DNA of 64,000 nt from Candidatus Bathyarchaeota archaeon (GCA_963826715.1 CAWGYA010000008.1:352001-416000), one strand, 5' to 3'; numbered from the stretch's first letter, positions 49,868 through 59,542 are shown. A program made the numbers and translations. The notes: generated by a model from the letters alone, not told the origin.

Positions 49868-50641
49868 TTAAACAGGTACAATTTCAATCCGGTCTCCCGG
49901 TTTCAACTTATACTCTTCCGCGGCGTTACCTTGATTCACGGCTATTTCGAGAAAGCCGTGGCTTCCAATCAATGCAATTGGTCGTCTGGGCAAGACTTGT
50001 GCATAAGTCTCTCCGAAAACCAAATTGAGAACTTCACTGGAAAACCTCACTTTTAGGTTGTTAACTGAATCAACTTCTTTTTGAGGGATATTGGTGACTA
50101 CGTTGCCAAAACCATCTACATGGAGAACCTCGCCGATCAAAACACCATTTTTATGGTCTACTGTTGCAAACTTAGGTGTTATGACTTCGGTTATTTCAGA
50201 ACCGAATTCTTGTGGATCAATACCTTTATCAAGATACGCCGCTGCAGGTGCAAAAACATCTCTGCCATGAAAAGTGAAAGAAACTTGAGAAAGCATCAAT
50301 TTTGGGTTTGTTATTTCGTAGAGATGCTTTATGCCTTGATCAATTGCTGCGAGCAGCAAAACGCCATTATCTGGTCCAACAAAAAAACAGAGCTCAGTTT
50401 GTATAATAATCGCCCTTCTATCGGTGCCAACGCCAGGATCCACAACAGCAACATGCACCGTGCCATTTGGAAAATAGGGTACCGCTGAAGCCAGCATGAA
50501 TGCACCCATTCGAACCCCGAATTTATCTACTCCGTGGGTAACATCGACTATTTGTGCGTAGGGATTGATACTCAAGATTACCCCTTTCATTTCCGCAACA
50601 TAAGGGTCTTTTAACCCAAAGTCAGTGGTTAATGTTATCAT
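49868..50641 (-). CDS. SAM hydroxide adenosyltransferase (DUF62, chlorinase/fluorinase family)
   Basis: ITLTTDFG, VAVVDPGVG, GPDNG, TFHGRDVFAP, DGFGN, LEIAVNQGNA. Confidence 0.93.
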   Translation of the reverse strand: MITLTTDFGLKDPYVAEMKGVILSINPYAQIVDVTHGVDKFGVRMGAFMLASAVPYFPNGTVHVAVVDPGVGTDRRAIIIQTELCFFVGPDNGVLLLAAIDQGIKHLYEITNPKLMLSQVSFTFHGRDVFAPAAAYLDKGIDPQEFGSEITEVITPKFATVDHKNGVLIGEVLHVDGFGNVVTNIPQKEVDSVNNLKVRFSSEVLNLVFGETYAQVLPRRPIALIGSHGFLEIAVNQGNAAEEYKLKPGDRIEIVPV

Positions 50642-50644
50642 TTT

Positions 50645-50929
50645 TTAGCCGCCATGAACAACTGGAACAAAAACCACTTCGTCATTCTCACAAAGTTTGG
50701 TTTCATAGCCATTTAGAATGCTAATTTCTCTTCCGTTAACCAAGATTAAGGAGTTGGAGCGTGCATCGTTGAGTTCACTATCGCAGAATATGTGCTTGAG
50801 TTCTGGAACCTGAGCGCCCATCATTTTTACTAATCCATGAACAGTAATATCCTCAACAAAGCAAATAGATAACTCTTTTTTGCCGGAAATATGCCGAAGA
50901 GCACCAATCAATTTTACCTGTATAGCCAA
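50645..50929 (-). CDS. MoaD/ThiS/SAMP ubiquitin-like protein
   Basis: Beta-grasp fold, ILVNG, C-terminal VPVVHGG. Confidence 0.9.
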   Translation of the reverse strand: MAIQVKLIGALRHISGKKELSICFVEDITVHGLVKMMGAQVPELKHIFCDSELNDARSNSLILVNGREISILNGYETKLCENDEVVFVPVVHGG

Positions 50930-51064
50930 TTTAAATCAAAGATAAATTATAAGATGATGATTAAAGACATATCGTTAACATTTGTCACTGCTTGACCTTT
51001 GAAGATAAGGTTATCGAGTTTGGAAAAGAAGTTTTAGTAATCATTTTCAGCCAAAAAGCCTTTT

Positions 51065-51324
51065 GGAGAGACATGCCCTTCTAAGCTGATCCGAGAAGGT
51101 GTCACTATCTATTATGCACCTGCTGCATCTGTTGGTTCCTGCACGCCATCAGTATGCAAAGAAGCAGTCACCAAACACCCGTTTTTACCTAAGTTTTAGG
51201 GCTGCTGACAACACCAGATCTTGATTCCATCCTCCCAAGCCTTCCCAATTACCCTCATTTGTTTTTCCACCAACCACCACTGCGGCAGGTTTCGAAGGGG
51301 TTAGATGAAACCAAAAACCTCTCT
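51065..51324 (-). ncRNA. Candidate structured non-coding RNA of unknown family
   Basis: No ORF >=60 aa in a 467-bp gap; ends pair (GAGAG/CUCUC); long internal helices found by hand; TATA-like TTTTATTTT 23-31 nt upstream on the minus strand. Confidence 0.5.
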
Positions 51325-51396
51325 AAAGAAGATGGATAGTATTCCTAAAATAAAAGAACAAGCAAGCTAAGTCTTTCCAAATTCAGGAACTGAAAA

Positions 51397-51774
51397 TTAG
51401 TTTTCAAAACGTTCTTGAGTCAGTGTTTCAACAATGTCAGTTGCAACATCCACAATGGAGTCAGCTTGTTGCATCATGACATCGCCACCATCGATTTCTT
51501 CAAGCTGTGATATCTGCTGCACAATAGTTTCGATTTCGATAAGAAACCGAAGAATTGTATCGTCTGGTTGGGGATTCTTGCTTCCTTCTTCGCGGATAAG
51601 TATCTCGATGAAAGCGGGTTCCCCGAGGCTGTAATAAATGGCGTTACGTGCTTTTCGGATAGCTTCCAAAACGAGACTTGACGCCATGTAAGGGATTTTA
51701 CGTGCGGCTTCTAATTCAGCTTTTGCTTCACGCAGGTACCTCAATGCCCAGCCTTTACGATATTCATCCATCAT
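51397..51774 (-). CDS. HEPN-like helical protein
   Basis: WALRYLREAKAELEAAR resembles a HEPN first helix; all-helical; RNAIYY instead of RxxxxH. Confidence 0.55.
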   Translation of the reverse strand: MMDEYRKGWALRYLREAKAELEAARKIPYMASSLVLEAIRKARNAIYYSLGEPAFIEILIREEGSKNPQPDDTILRFLIEIETIVQQISQLEEIDGGDVMMQQADSIVDVATDIVETLTQERFEN

Positions 51775-51791
51775 GCAGTTGTTTTCCTTAT

Positions 51792-52022
51792 TTATTCGGC
51801 GATATCTTCTTCGATGTCAGAGTCTACGTTATTGGCTTGAGATAATGAGATGGTGCGTGTTATGTATCCTGCAGTTTGGTTTCGCACACGTGTAGTGGTT
51901 CCTTTGGTTAATTCATCCACTAAACGTTTGTTGTCGTCAAAATTAGTGTTGAATTTACTTGGAAAGCGTGACATTAGTTCTTTACCTAGACGCTTTATCT
52001 GATCAGTCTTTACTTTTCCCAG
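51792..52022 (-). CDS. rps17e: 30S ribosomal protein eS17 (probable CTG start)
   Basis: GKVKT..IKR....L...P..F..NFDDNK..V......T..VRNQ.AGYIT; GGAGG SD 8 nt before CTG at 52022. Confidence 0.92.
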   Translation of the reverse strand: MGKVKTDQIKRLGKELMSRFPSKFNTNFDDNKRLVDELTKGTTTRVRNQTAGYITRTISLSQANNVDSDIEEDIAE

Positions 52023-52176
52023 ATTAGTTTCCTCCGATGTACTAGTTTGTTTTCTCCGACGTTTAAAACGTAGGAGCACTTCTCAATAGAGGATAGGCGT
52101 AATTTAAGTTTGCGGCTAAAAGCTCAGAATTATTTAGCCATCAACACAATAGAAAGGTGGAATAAAGGTTGTTTTG

Positions 52177-52950
52177 TTAGGCGAGTTTTATGTTAAAGAA
52201 ATCCTCAAAGTTCTTGGCGATTTGCTCAGCAACGTCTTCGAGTGGCTGCTTCTTGATTTCTGCCACAGACGCCACAACATTTTGGATGAATGAGGGGTTG
52301 GTTAGTTGACCCTTAAATGGTTGCTTCCAATAAGTTACTGGTCCATCAGTTTCCGTGAGCAGGTTGGTTAGAGGCGTATTTTCAACCACTTCACGGATTC
52401 CGTTGGAATATGTTACAGGTGGACCTTCGGTGATGAAGTAACCGTTGTCGATGGCTTTCATAAGTGCACTCATTGGGTGGCTGAACCAATGTAGTAATAC
52501 GCGGTTTAGGCGGTAGGAGGGCAGCATCTCCACAATTTTGTCTGTTGTGCCACGGGAATGAATGATGACTGGAAGGTTGAGGGTTTCAGCCAGATTCAAC
52601 ATCTTGTCGAAAACCATAAGTTGATGTTCCCAGATGGATTCGTATTTGTAGTCTAGACCAATTTCACCTATTGCCTTCACCGTGTCTTTTTGGGTTTGGA
52701 TGTAGCTGATAGTTTCTTCGAGTTCGCCTTCTTTGAGCACATTGACATTCCAAGGGTGAATACCCAGAGCAGGATAAACGAGGTGGGGATATTGCTTGGC
52801 AAGGTTAATGTCGTTTTGGCAGGTTTTTAAATCCATAGCGTTCGTCATCAACGCTACCACACTTGTTCTTTTTGCGTCATCGATCAACTGGTCAATGTAC
52901 CCGTTATATTCTGCATCAGACAAGTGAACATGTGCATCTATTAGCTTCAT
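52177..52950 (-). CDS. tatD: TatD-family nuclease
   Basis: IDAHVHL, GIHPW, IGEIGLDY, IHSR, HWFS, ETDGP. Confidence 0.93.
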   Translation of the reverse strand: MKLIDAHVHLSDAEYNGYIDQLIDDAKRTSVVALMTNAMDLKTCQNDINLAKQYPHLVYPALGIHPWNVNVLKEGELEETISYIQTQKDTVKAIGEIGLDYKYESIWEHQLMVFDKMLNLAETLNLPVIIHSRGTTDKIVEMLPSYRLNRVLLHWFSHPMSALMKAIDNGYFITEGPPVTYSNGIREVVENTPLTNLLTETDGPVTYWKQPFKGQLTNPSFIQNVVASVAEIKKQPLEDVAEQIAKNFEDFFNIKLA

Positions 52951-53100
52951 TTTTCTCAGCGGTATATCTTGCGGTGGGTGCTTTATAATTTTTCTTTAAA
53001 AAATCCTCACTGCTTGGTTTGGTCCGATTTTTAAACGAAAAAAAGATAACAAAGGTTAAATATTGCTTTAAAATGAAAAAGAGACTGAAGTGAAGACGAT

Positions 53101-53322
53101 ATGACTGAATTAGAAATAGCTGTAGCTCCCATGCATAGATTATGTAAAAAAGCAGGTGCAGATAGAGTGAGCGAAGCAGCAGCAAAAGAATTAGCAAAAG
53201 CGTTGGAAGAAATTGGCATAAAAATAGCCAAAGAATCATTAGATTTTGCGATGCACGCCGGAAGAAAAACGATCAAAGCAGAAGATATTGAAATAGCCGC
53301 AAGAAAAATTATGGGAAAATAA
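53101..53322 (+). CDS. Archaeal histone
   Basis: AP..RL.KKAGA.RVSE.A...L...LEE......A......[13 protein letters not shown]. Confidence 0.95.
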   Translation: MTELEIAVAPMHRLCKKAGADRVSEAAAKELAKALEEIGIKIAKESLDFAMHAGRKTIKAEDIEIAARKIMGK

Positions 53323-53575
53323 TCAGCAATAAGCTTTTATTTCCCTTTCCTTCTTTTTGAACTATCTAGCAACGCGTATTTCCAATAGCATTTCTTTTAA
53401 TAGCATAATTGGTTTATTGCTTTTTTATCGCTTCACTATAGGTTCCTGCTACTCCTGTCGACCATGTATCTACTAATATACAAACCCAAACCGATGTTAA
53501 ATCTGCTATTTCTTCGGACACGGCAAGATTAAAAGGGAGCCAGTCACACATTTAGCGTATCCACGGTGAAGCGTT

Positions 53576-53944
53576 ATGAAAGAAAATGGTGTTACGGTCA
53601 GCTATGAACCTTTCAAAGAAATCGTAATCATGGAGAAAACTCGATTCAGTAGTCCTGAAGAAATAGCACGCTTTACCTCAGTCATTGCAGGGGGGAAATT
53701 GGCAGGGCTTTATTGGGTTGACGGAGTTGTTTTCCTCTATTTTCCGCTTTCTGCATCAAATACTGCGGTTGCCCGGGAACTCCTCGAAAAGCGTCGGGTC
53801 TACTGGACCTTTGTTGGTTTTGCGCCAATGCAAAAGTATTTGCAGGTGATTGAAACCAAAGAGAAAATTATCGTGCCAGTCGTAGACATTTCAGCCGACT
53901 CAACCCTTAAGTCGGTTGCAACATGGTTAAAAGAGCAGTTTTGA
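53576..53944 (+). CDS. Hypothetical protein
   Basis: GGTGA SD upstream; 122-aa ORF with LYWVDGVVF, IVPVVD; adjoins ribK. Confidence 0.7.
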   Translation: MKENGVTVSYEPFKEIVIMEKTRFSSPEEIARFTSVIAGGKLAGLYWVDGVVFLYFPLSASNTAVARELLEKRRVYWTFVGFAPMQKYLQVIETKEKIIVPVVDISADSTLKSVATWLKEQF

Positions 53945-53948
53945 AGGT

Positions 53949-54350
53949 GTGAAGGGTCAGGTTTTGGAGCGGGTGACCTTTGTCGGCACAGTTTTTTCTG
54001 GCAAAGGCGAAGGCAAACGTTTCGTAGATTTACAGTGGGTTAAGGTTCAAATACAAGAAAAACTTGGATTCTTGCCCTATGCGGGAACCCTAAACATATA
54101 TCTCACGGCAGAAAGCATAGAAAAACGCAAATTGCTTTCACAATCAATGGGTATTTTGATTGAGCCACAAGCGGGCTTTTGTCCTGGAATCCTCTTTAAA
54201 GCATCAATCGGTAAAGAAAGATGCGCAGTTGTGCTCCCCAAAACCCCCAGTTACCCAAATCATGTTTTAGAAGTGATCTCCCCAGTTTATTTGAGGGAGA
54301 AAATGGAGTTAGCGGATGGCAACGCCGTATCAGTCACGGTTATGGCTTAG
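53949..54350 (+). CDS. ribK: CTP-dependent riboflavin kinase (no N-terminal HTH)
   Basis: GTVFSGKGEG..FV, LGF.PYAGTLN, LEVISP.YLR....L.DG. Confidence 0.9.
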   Translation: MKGQVLERVTFVGTVFSGKGEGKRFVDLQWVKVQIQEKLGFLPYAGTLNIYLTAESIEKRKLLSQSMGILIEPQAGFCPGILFKASIGKERCAVVLPKTPSYPNHVLEVISPVYLREKMELADGNAVSVTVMA

Positions 54351-55839
54351 GTTTGCGGCTTTCGCGGAATTTAGCTATATATTCTTCTGCGCATCGGTTC
54401 CGTTTAAGGTATTCACCATAAGATACCAGTGCTTTCATGGCTCGAGCAGCGTCTTCAGGAGATTCGAAACTTGGTACGCCAAGTCTGTCAAAACGGCTGC
54501 GTGTATAAAGCGCCATTTCTGTTGCCCCGATGTCACACATTACTATTGGTTTGGAGTAATTGAGACTGATTTTGACTATGCCGTCAATATATTTTTCGCG
54601 TAATCCCGGCATATGGTGGAGACCGAGTAATATGATTCCAGAGATGTGAGGGTCTTGAAACATCAGGTCAGCGGATATCTCGAACATGTCGTCTGTTACT
54701 GAGCCTGTAAGGTCCACGGGGTTATGGGTTGCGGCGATTTTCAGAATAATGTTTTTGTTTTTTAGCTCCTCGAATTTGCGATCAGTCTCTTCGGAGAAGC
54801 GTTCCACAGTTAAACCCAAAAGTTCTAGTTCATCAACTGTCATAACTCCTGGTCCGCCGGCGTCGGTGAGTATACCGATGTTCCTACCCATCGCTGGTGG
54901 TTGCATAGCAAGCGCTTTGCCGATGTCAAAAAATTCTTCCATGTCTCGGGCGCGAATTATTCCACCTTGTTCGAAGGCAGCATCATATATTTTGTCTGAG
55001 CCTGCAATGGCACCCGTGTGTGAAGCCGCAGCTCTTGCGCCTGCTGCACTGCGCCCTGACTTAATGATTACCACAGGTTTTTTAATGGTGACTTTCTTAG
55101 CGATTTTAAGGAACTCTCGTCCAGACTTGACGTCTTCAAGATATACGAGAACAACTTTGGTTTCATTATCATGAAGAAGGTAATGCAGTATATCAGATTC
55201 ACTGACATCGCTTTTGTTACCGAAACTCACGAATTTGCTCACACCCATCTGACGACCCGTTAAGTAGTCGAGCGCAGCGACACCAAAGGCACCACTCTGA
55301 GTAACCATAGCAATGTTTCCGGGAAGGGGTCTTGGGGTAGCAACGACATCTTCGCCTGTAGTAAGTACTTTGGTTTCTGGCAAAAACAGGGTATCGATAC
55401 CTGTTTTGGAGTAGTAAACCCCCAAACAGTTAGGACCCAGCACACGTATTCCGCCTTTGGCGGCCGTGGCGATAACTTGCGCTTCTAGGTCTTTGTTACC
55501 AACTTCCTTAAATCCTGAGCTGATAATAATTGCCGTCTTAACTTTTTTTGTTACAGCCTCTTCCATGACTGAAGGTACAATTTTAGCTGGAACAATAACT
55601 ACGATTAACTCAACTTCGCCCGGAATTTTGCTCAGTGCTTTGAAGCATTTAAAACCTAAAATGGAATCTTCATTTGGGTTAACAGGGTAGAGTTCGCCTT
55701 TGAAGACGCCACGTTCTTTGTTGGTGGCTAGGTTTTTGAAAATGACATGCCCTGCTTTATCAACTTTTTTAGTTGCGCCGATAACCGCGACTGAATTTGG
55801 GTTGAAGAAAGCATCTAACTTCAGGAGTTCTTTGTCCAT
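54340..55839 (-). CDS. acdA: Acetate--CoA ligase (ADP-forming) alpha subunit
   Basis: PNSVAVIGAT, YPVNP, SSGFKE, LGPNCLG, TQSGA, SFGNK.D, SHTGAIAG, NPVDLTG. Confidence 0.9.
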   Translation of the reverse strand: MDKELLKLDAFFNPNSVAVIGATKKVDKAGHVIFKNLATNKERGVFKGELYPVNPNEDSILGFKCFKALSKIPGEVELIVVIVPAKIVPSVMEEAVTKKVKTAIIISSGFKEVGNKDLEAQVIATAAKGGIRVLGPNCLGVYYSKTGIDTLFLPETKVLTTGEDVVATPRPLPGNIAMVTQSGAFGVAALDYLTGRQMGVSKFVSFGNKSDVSESDILHYLLHDNETKVVLVYLEDVKSGREFLKIAKKVTIKKPVVIIKSGRSAAGARAAASHTGAIAGSDKIYDAAFEQGGIIRARDMEEFFDIGKALAMQPPAMGRNIGILTDAGGPGVMTVDELELLGLTVERFSEETDRKFEELKNKNIILKIAATHNPVDLTGSVTDDMFEISADLMFQDPHISGIILLGLHHMPGLREKYIDGIVKISLNYSKPIVMCDIGATEMALYTRSRFDRLGVPSFESPEDAARAMKALVSYGEYLKRNRCAEEYIAKFRESRKPKP

Positions 55840-55948
55840 ACCTATCCCATCTTTCCGCTTAGTGCGTCTAAGTCACATTTTTATGTGTTTACTCTCTAAA
55901 AGTCCTTTCCTGACTTAGGTTTTATTTGTTTTCGAGCGCTTTTAACTT

Positions 55949-56791
55949 TTAACCGGTTTTTCTTACCAAAACAAGAGGCTTGTGCGTCACTCCAGAAAGC
56001 ATCTCCCATGTCACCATGTCTAGATCCACATTGAATCGAGCCGCCATATCCCATACGGTGGCACCTGAACCTACTCCCCTCGCGCGGTCAGCAATGTTGG
56101 TTAATGTTAAAGCGTGAGTTGCCGATAGGTCGCATCCAGCAACCGCCAGTGGTGTAGAGCTCCTCTTAAGCCCAAGTATTCTACCTAAAACGTATGTAAC
56201 GACTCCACCAAAGCAGTGAATGCCTTTGAGTGAATTGGGGCGGGGTGTGAAGTAGAAGTTGTAGAATCTATAGGTTTTGTCGGTGTCGGCAACAATTACA
56301 TTGATGTTTCTATCTAGTCGAGTTTGGATGTGGGTTTGGATTTTCTTTGCGAATTCGCATGCATCCTGTAGGGGTAAGCTCACATAGGTGTAAGCAAGAT
56401 TTGAGCCATCAATACCACCTTCAGAGCCGAACATTAGCGCCTGCAGCAGACCTGACCGCTCCAGCACAAGTTGTTTGTGGCGGCTTCCAGATTCCAATGG
56501 ATAACTACGTAGACGCTTCAATAGTCGCTGCCCAAACCCGCAGAGAAAACCCAAATTGTAACCCCAGATTATTCTCATCCAAAAATCCGCAATGAATTTG
56601 GCGTTTCGGCTCGCAACAACTTTGCGCTCTTCCACAATGTTCCCTATCGCTACCGACAACGCCTTTTCAGAAATCACTACAAAATCGCCACTTCGAATTC
56701 GATCTTTCAATGCAACCTCTATACAATTAAGGTAGTTTTCGTTTGGTTTCCAGTAGCTGGTTACAACTGCCAAGGCTTGGTATTTTGCCAT
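55949..56791 (-). CDS. F420-0:gamma-glutamyl ligase (CofE)-like protein
   Basis: GDFVVISEKA, GGIDGSN, VIVADTD, IADRARG.G. Confidence 0.7.
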   Translation of the reverse strand: MAKYQALAVVTSYWKPNENYLNCIEVALKDRIRSGDFVVISEKALSVAIGNIVEERKVVASRNAKFIADFWMRIIWGYNLGFLCGFGQRLLKRLRSYPLESGSRHKQLVLERSGLLQALMFGSEGGIDGSNLAYTYVSLPLQDACEFAKKIQTHIQTRLDRNINVIVADTDKTYRFYNFYFTPRPNSLKGIHCFGGVVTYVLGRILGLKRSSTPLAVAGCDLSATHALTLTNIADRARGVGSGATVWDMAARFNVDLDMVTWEMLSGVTHKPLVLVRKTG

Positions 56792-57002
56792 CTACTTAGC
56801 ACTCTAAATGCACATCTTCTGCTTGCCTAATAAAACTGGTTACTTATGAAGGACGTTTGAGGGTGATTGATACCAAAATCGTAATCTACCTATTCTATCG
56901 ACAGCGAAACAGGTATTACTAAAATTGCAGCAGTTATTGTTAACCAATAGTAGATTAAACATGTAACTGTTTAATCTACGAGTGGTATTTGGGTCGTTCC
57001 TA

Positions 57003-58058
57003 CTAGAACAACGAGTAGGGAAAGCGTTGGCTGTTTTCGTATAATTTACCTTTTATGGGGATTTGGTGTCCACATACGGGACATCGCATGTCGTCGGCGA
57101 GGTTCCACTGAGTGATTTCGAAGCTGGAGCGTCTAATAACTGGGGTGTCACAGTTGGGGCAAATTGTGTTCTCCGCGGGGTGACCGGGAACATTACCAAT
57201 ATAGACGTAATTTAATCCCTGGTTTTTGGCTGTGAGGTAGGCCTGCTCCATTTGCTGCACAGAAGTAGCGGGAATCGTGGACATTTTATATTCAGGATGA
57301 AACCGCAACAGATGAAATGGCGTGTCAGGTCCCAAATAATTCTTAATCCATTTAGACAATTCGCGAAGTCTATCCATGGAGTCGCCACCCTTAGGCACGA
57401 TAAGGTTTGTGAGTTCGATGTGGACTCCACTGAGTTTGAGTTCTTTTAGTGTTTCATAGATAGGAGCAACATCAGGGACGCCCATGACAGTACGGTAGAA
57501 ATCGGGATCAGCAGCACCTTTGAAATCCACGGTAGCAGCATCAAGATAGGGCGCAATTGTTTTGACTGCTTCAGACGTCATGTAACCATTTGTCACAAAA
57601 GTGTTAAACAACCCAGCTTTTTTGGCGAGTTGAGCGGTATCATAGGCGTATTCCATGAAGATAGTGGGTTCAGTGTATGTGTAGCTTATTCCCTGGCAGT
57701 CGGCATTCTGGGCTGACCTTACTACTTCTTCTGGCGGGAAGGGTTTACCTGTAATTTCATGGTCTTGACTTATCATCCAGTTATCGCAGAATTGACAACG
57801 AAAGTTACAGCCTGCTGCAGCGATCGACAGTACCAAAGCGCCGGGGTTAAAATGTGAGAGTGGTTTTTTGCTAATTGGGTCGACGCCTGCGGAGACGGCC
57901 TTGGCGTAGTTTAGAGTGTAGAGGGTGCCACCTTCGTTTTTGCGAACCAAACAGAAACCGGGGGCGTTTTCGCTTATTTTGCATCGGCGTGCACATAGGC
58001 AGCATGTAACTTTGAGATCTTTTTCGCGGTTGTAAAGCATTGCTTCATGAAGAGACAT
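57003..58058 (-). CDS. amrS: AmmeMemoRadiSam system radical SAM enzyme
   Basis: CCLCARRC, GFCLVR, DPI.KKPL.HF.PG, GCNFRCQFC.NW.ISQ, YTYTEP, VYIGNV. Confidence 0.9.
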   Translation of the reverse strand: MSLHEAMLYNREKDLKVTCCLCARRCKISENAPGFCLVRKNEGGTLYTLNYAKAVSAGVDPISKKPLSHFNPGALVLSIAAAGCNFRCQFCDNWMISQDHEITGKPFPPEEVVRSAQNADCQGISYTYTEPTIFMEYAYDTAQLAKKAGLFNTFVTNGYMTSEAVKTIAPYLDAATVDFKGAADPDFYRTVMGVPDVAPIYETLKELKLSGVHIELTNLIVPKGGDSMDRLRELSKWIKNYLGPDTPFHLLRFHPEYKMSTIPATSVQQMEQAYLTAKNQGLNYVYIGNVPGHPAENTICPNCDTPVIRRSSFEITQWNLADDMRCPVCGHQIPIKGKLYENSQRFPYSLF

Positions 58059-58407
58059 AATAATCCACTAGATAATAGAAGAGGTTTTGTTTAAAAGTAT
58101 TAACTAAAGACTTTGGTGGTTGGTGTGGGTATCTTTTTGATATAGCCGAGATATGTGGCTTTTGCGTTTCTATAATTAAGGAGCTAAAAATAAGCCAAAT
58201 TCACTCACCATTGATCATCCAATTCAAAGTGAAACTTGCTTATCCATTGACGATCAAATCCAAAAAGATAGTTTAGTACAACCTTAAAGATCCAATGATA
58301 GCGTCAAAATCAAGTTAGACTGATAGAGCTCTCCAGATTGAATTCACCCAGGCATAGAAAAAACTAAAAACAAAAAATTGGGAAAAATTTTCTTAATTTG
58401 AATGCTC

Positions 58408-58740
58408 TTAGAGCATTTTGTTAAAAAAACAGCTGTATTGCCCTGTGTGGCATGCGGGACCCATCTGTTCAACCAAGTAAAGCAGTGAGTCGTAATCACA
58501 ATCGGTTGCGACAGACACAACTTTTTGTGTATTACCCGACGTTTCGCCTTTCACCCAAAGTTCGTTACGACTCCGACTCCAATATGTGGCTTTTTTGGTT
58601 TTCAGAGTGAGTTCTACTGCTTCTCGGTTGGCATATGCTTGCATGAGAACTTCTTTGGTTTTAACATCTTGGGTTATGACTGGGATGAGCCCATTGCCCT
58701 TAACAAAATCCAGTTTAGTGAGCAAAATATTAGTGGTCAT
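58408..58740 (-). CDS. hisI: Phosphoribosyl-AMP cyclohydrolase
   Basis: WSRSR.ELW.KGETSGN, DCD.D, ACHTG..SCF. Confidence 0.95.
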   Translation of the reverse strand: MTTNILLTKLDFVKGNGLIPVITQDVKTKEVLMQAYANREAVELTLKTKKATYWSRSRNELWVKGETSGNTQKVVSVATDCDYDSLLYLVEQMGPACHTGQYSCFFNKML

Positions 58741-59540
58741 GTTCTGATAGTCACCCCCATCTTTCGTAAGTAATCCTTTACAACTTTAACAGGGTAACTG
58801 TTGTAATGGAAAATAGATGCAGCCAATGCCGCATCGGCTTTGCCTTCGGTAAATACATCTAAGAGGTGTTTTGGTTCGCCAGCGCCGCCACTAGCAATTA
58901 TGGGGACGTTGACACTCTCGCTAATGGCGCGAGTTAGTTCGATATCGTATCCGTCTTTTGTGCCGTCGCGATCCATAGAAGTTACTAAGAACTCACCGGC
59001 GCCTAGCTTCTCAGCTTGCATTGCCCAAGCGAGAGCGTCTATACCTGTGGGTTTTCTGCCGCCGTAGGTGACCACTTCAAACCAGAGGTTCCCCTCAGCC
59101 GTATCAACAATGATTTTACCTTCGGTTTGGGAGTGGTTTCGTTTGGCATCTATTGCGCAAACTACACATTGCCGACCGAAAATGCCGGATAACTCCGTTA
59201 TTAGATCGGGTTTCTCGACTGCCGCTGTGTTAACTGAAACTTTATCAGCACCACTACAAAGAACCAGTCTTGCGTCCGAGACGCTACGGATACCGCCTCC
59301 GACAGTAAAGGGTATACTGATTGCTTTAGCAACGCCTTCTACATACTTGCGCATGATGTCGCGTTTCTCGCTTGAGGCAGTTATATCCAGGAAAACAAGT
59401 TCGTCGGCGCCATCGTCGCTATAGCGCTGAGCCAACTCGACGGGATCGCCTGCACATTTAGGGTTGACAAAATTTACGCATTTTACAACTTTGCCATGGT
59501 CAACATCAAGGCATGGCACGATTCTCTTGGCAAGAGGCAT
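58737..59540 (-). CDS. hisF: Imidazole glycerol phosphate synthase cyclase subunit
   Basis: [49 protein letters not shown]. Confidence 0.97.
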   Translation of the reverse strand: MPLAKRIVPCLDVDHGKVVKCVNFVNPKCAGDPVELAQRYSDDGADELVFLDITASSEKRDIMRKYVEGVAKAISIPFTVGGGIRSVSDARLVLCSGADKVSVNTAAVEKPDLITELSGIFGRQCVVCAIDAKRNHSQTEGKIIVDTAEGNLWFEVVTYGGRKPTGIDALAWAMQAEKLGAGEFLVTSMDRDGTKDGYDIELTRAISESVNVPIIASGGAGEPKHLLDVFTEGKADAALAASIFHYNSYPVKVVKDYLRKMGVTIRT

Positions 59541-59542
59541 AT

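Noticed and set aside
50954-51004. C/D box sRNA starting at ATGATGA
   Set aside because: No properly placed CTGA D or D' boxes
51065-51324. Assignment as RNase P RNA, SRP RNA or cobalamin riboswitch
   Set aside because: GAGGAAnnUCC/ACAGAA and CAGG-GNRA-AGCA motifs were not found; the B12-like words GAAACCUGCC and GGGAAGG occur in the wrong order. Left unassigned
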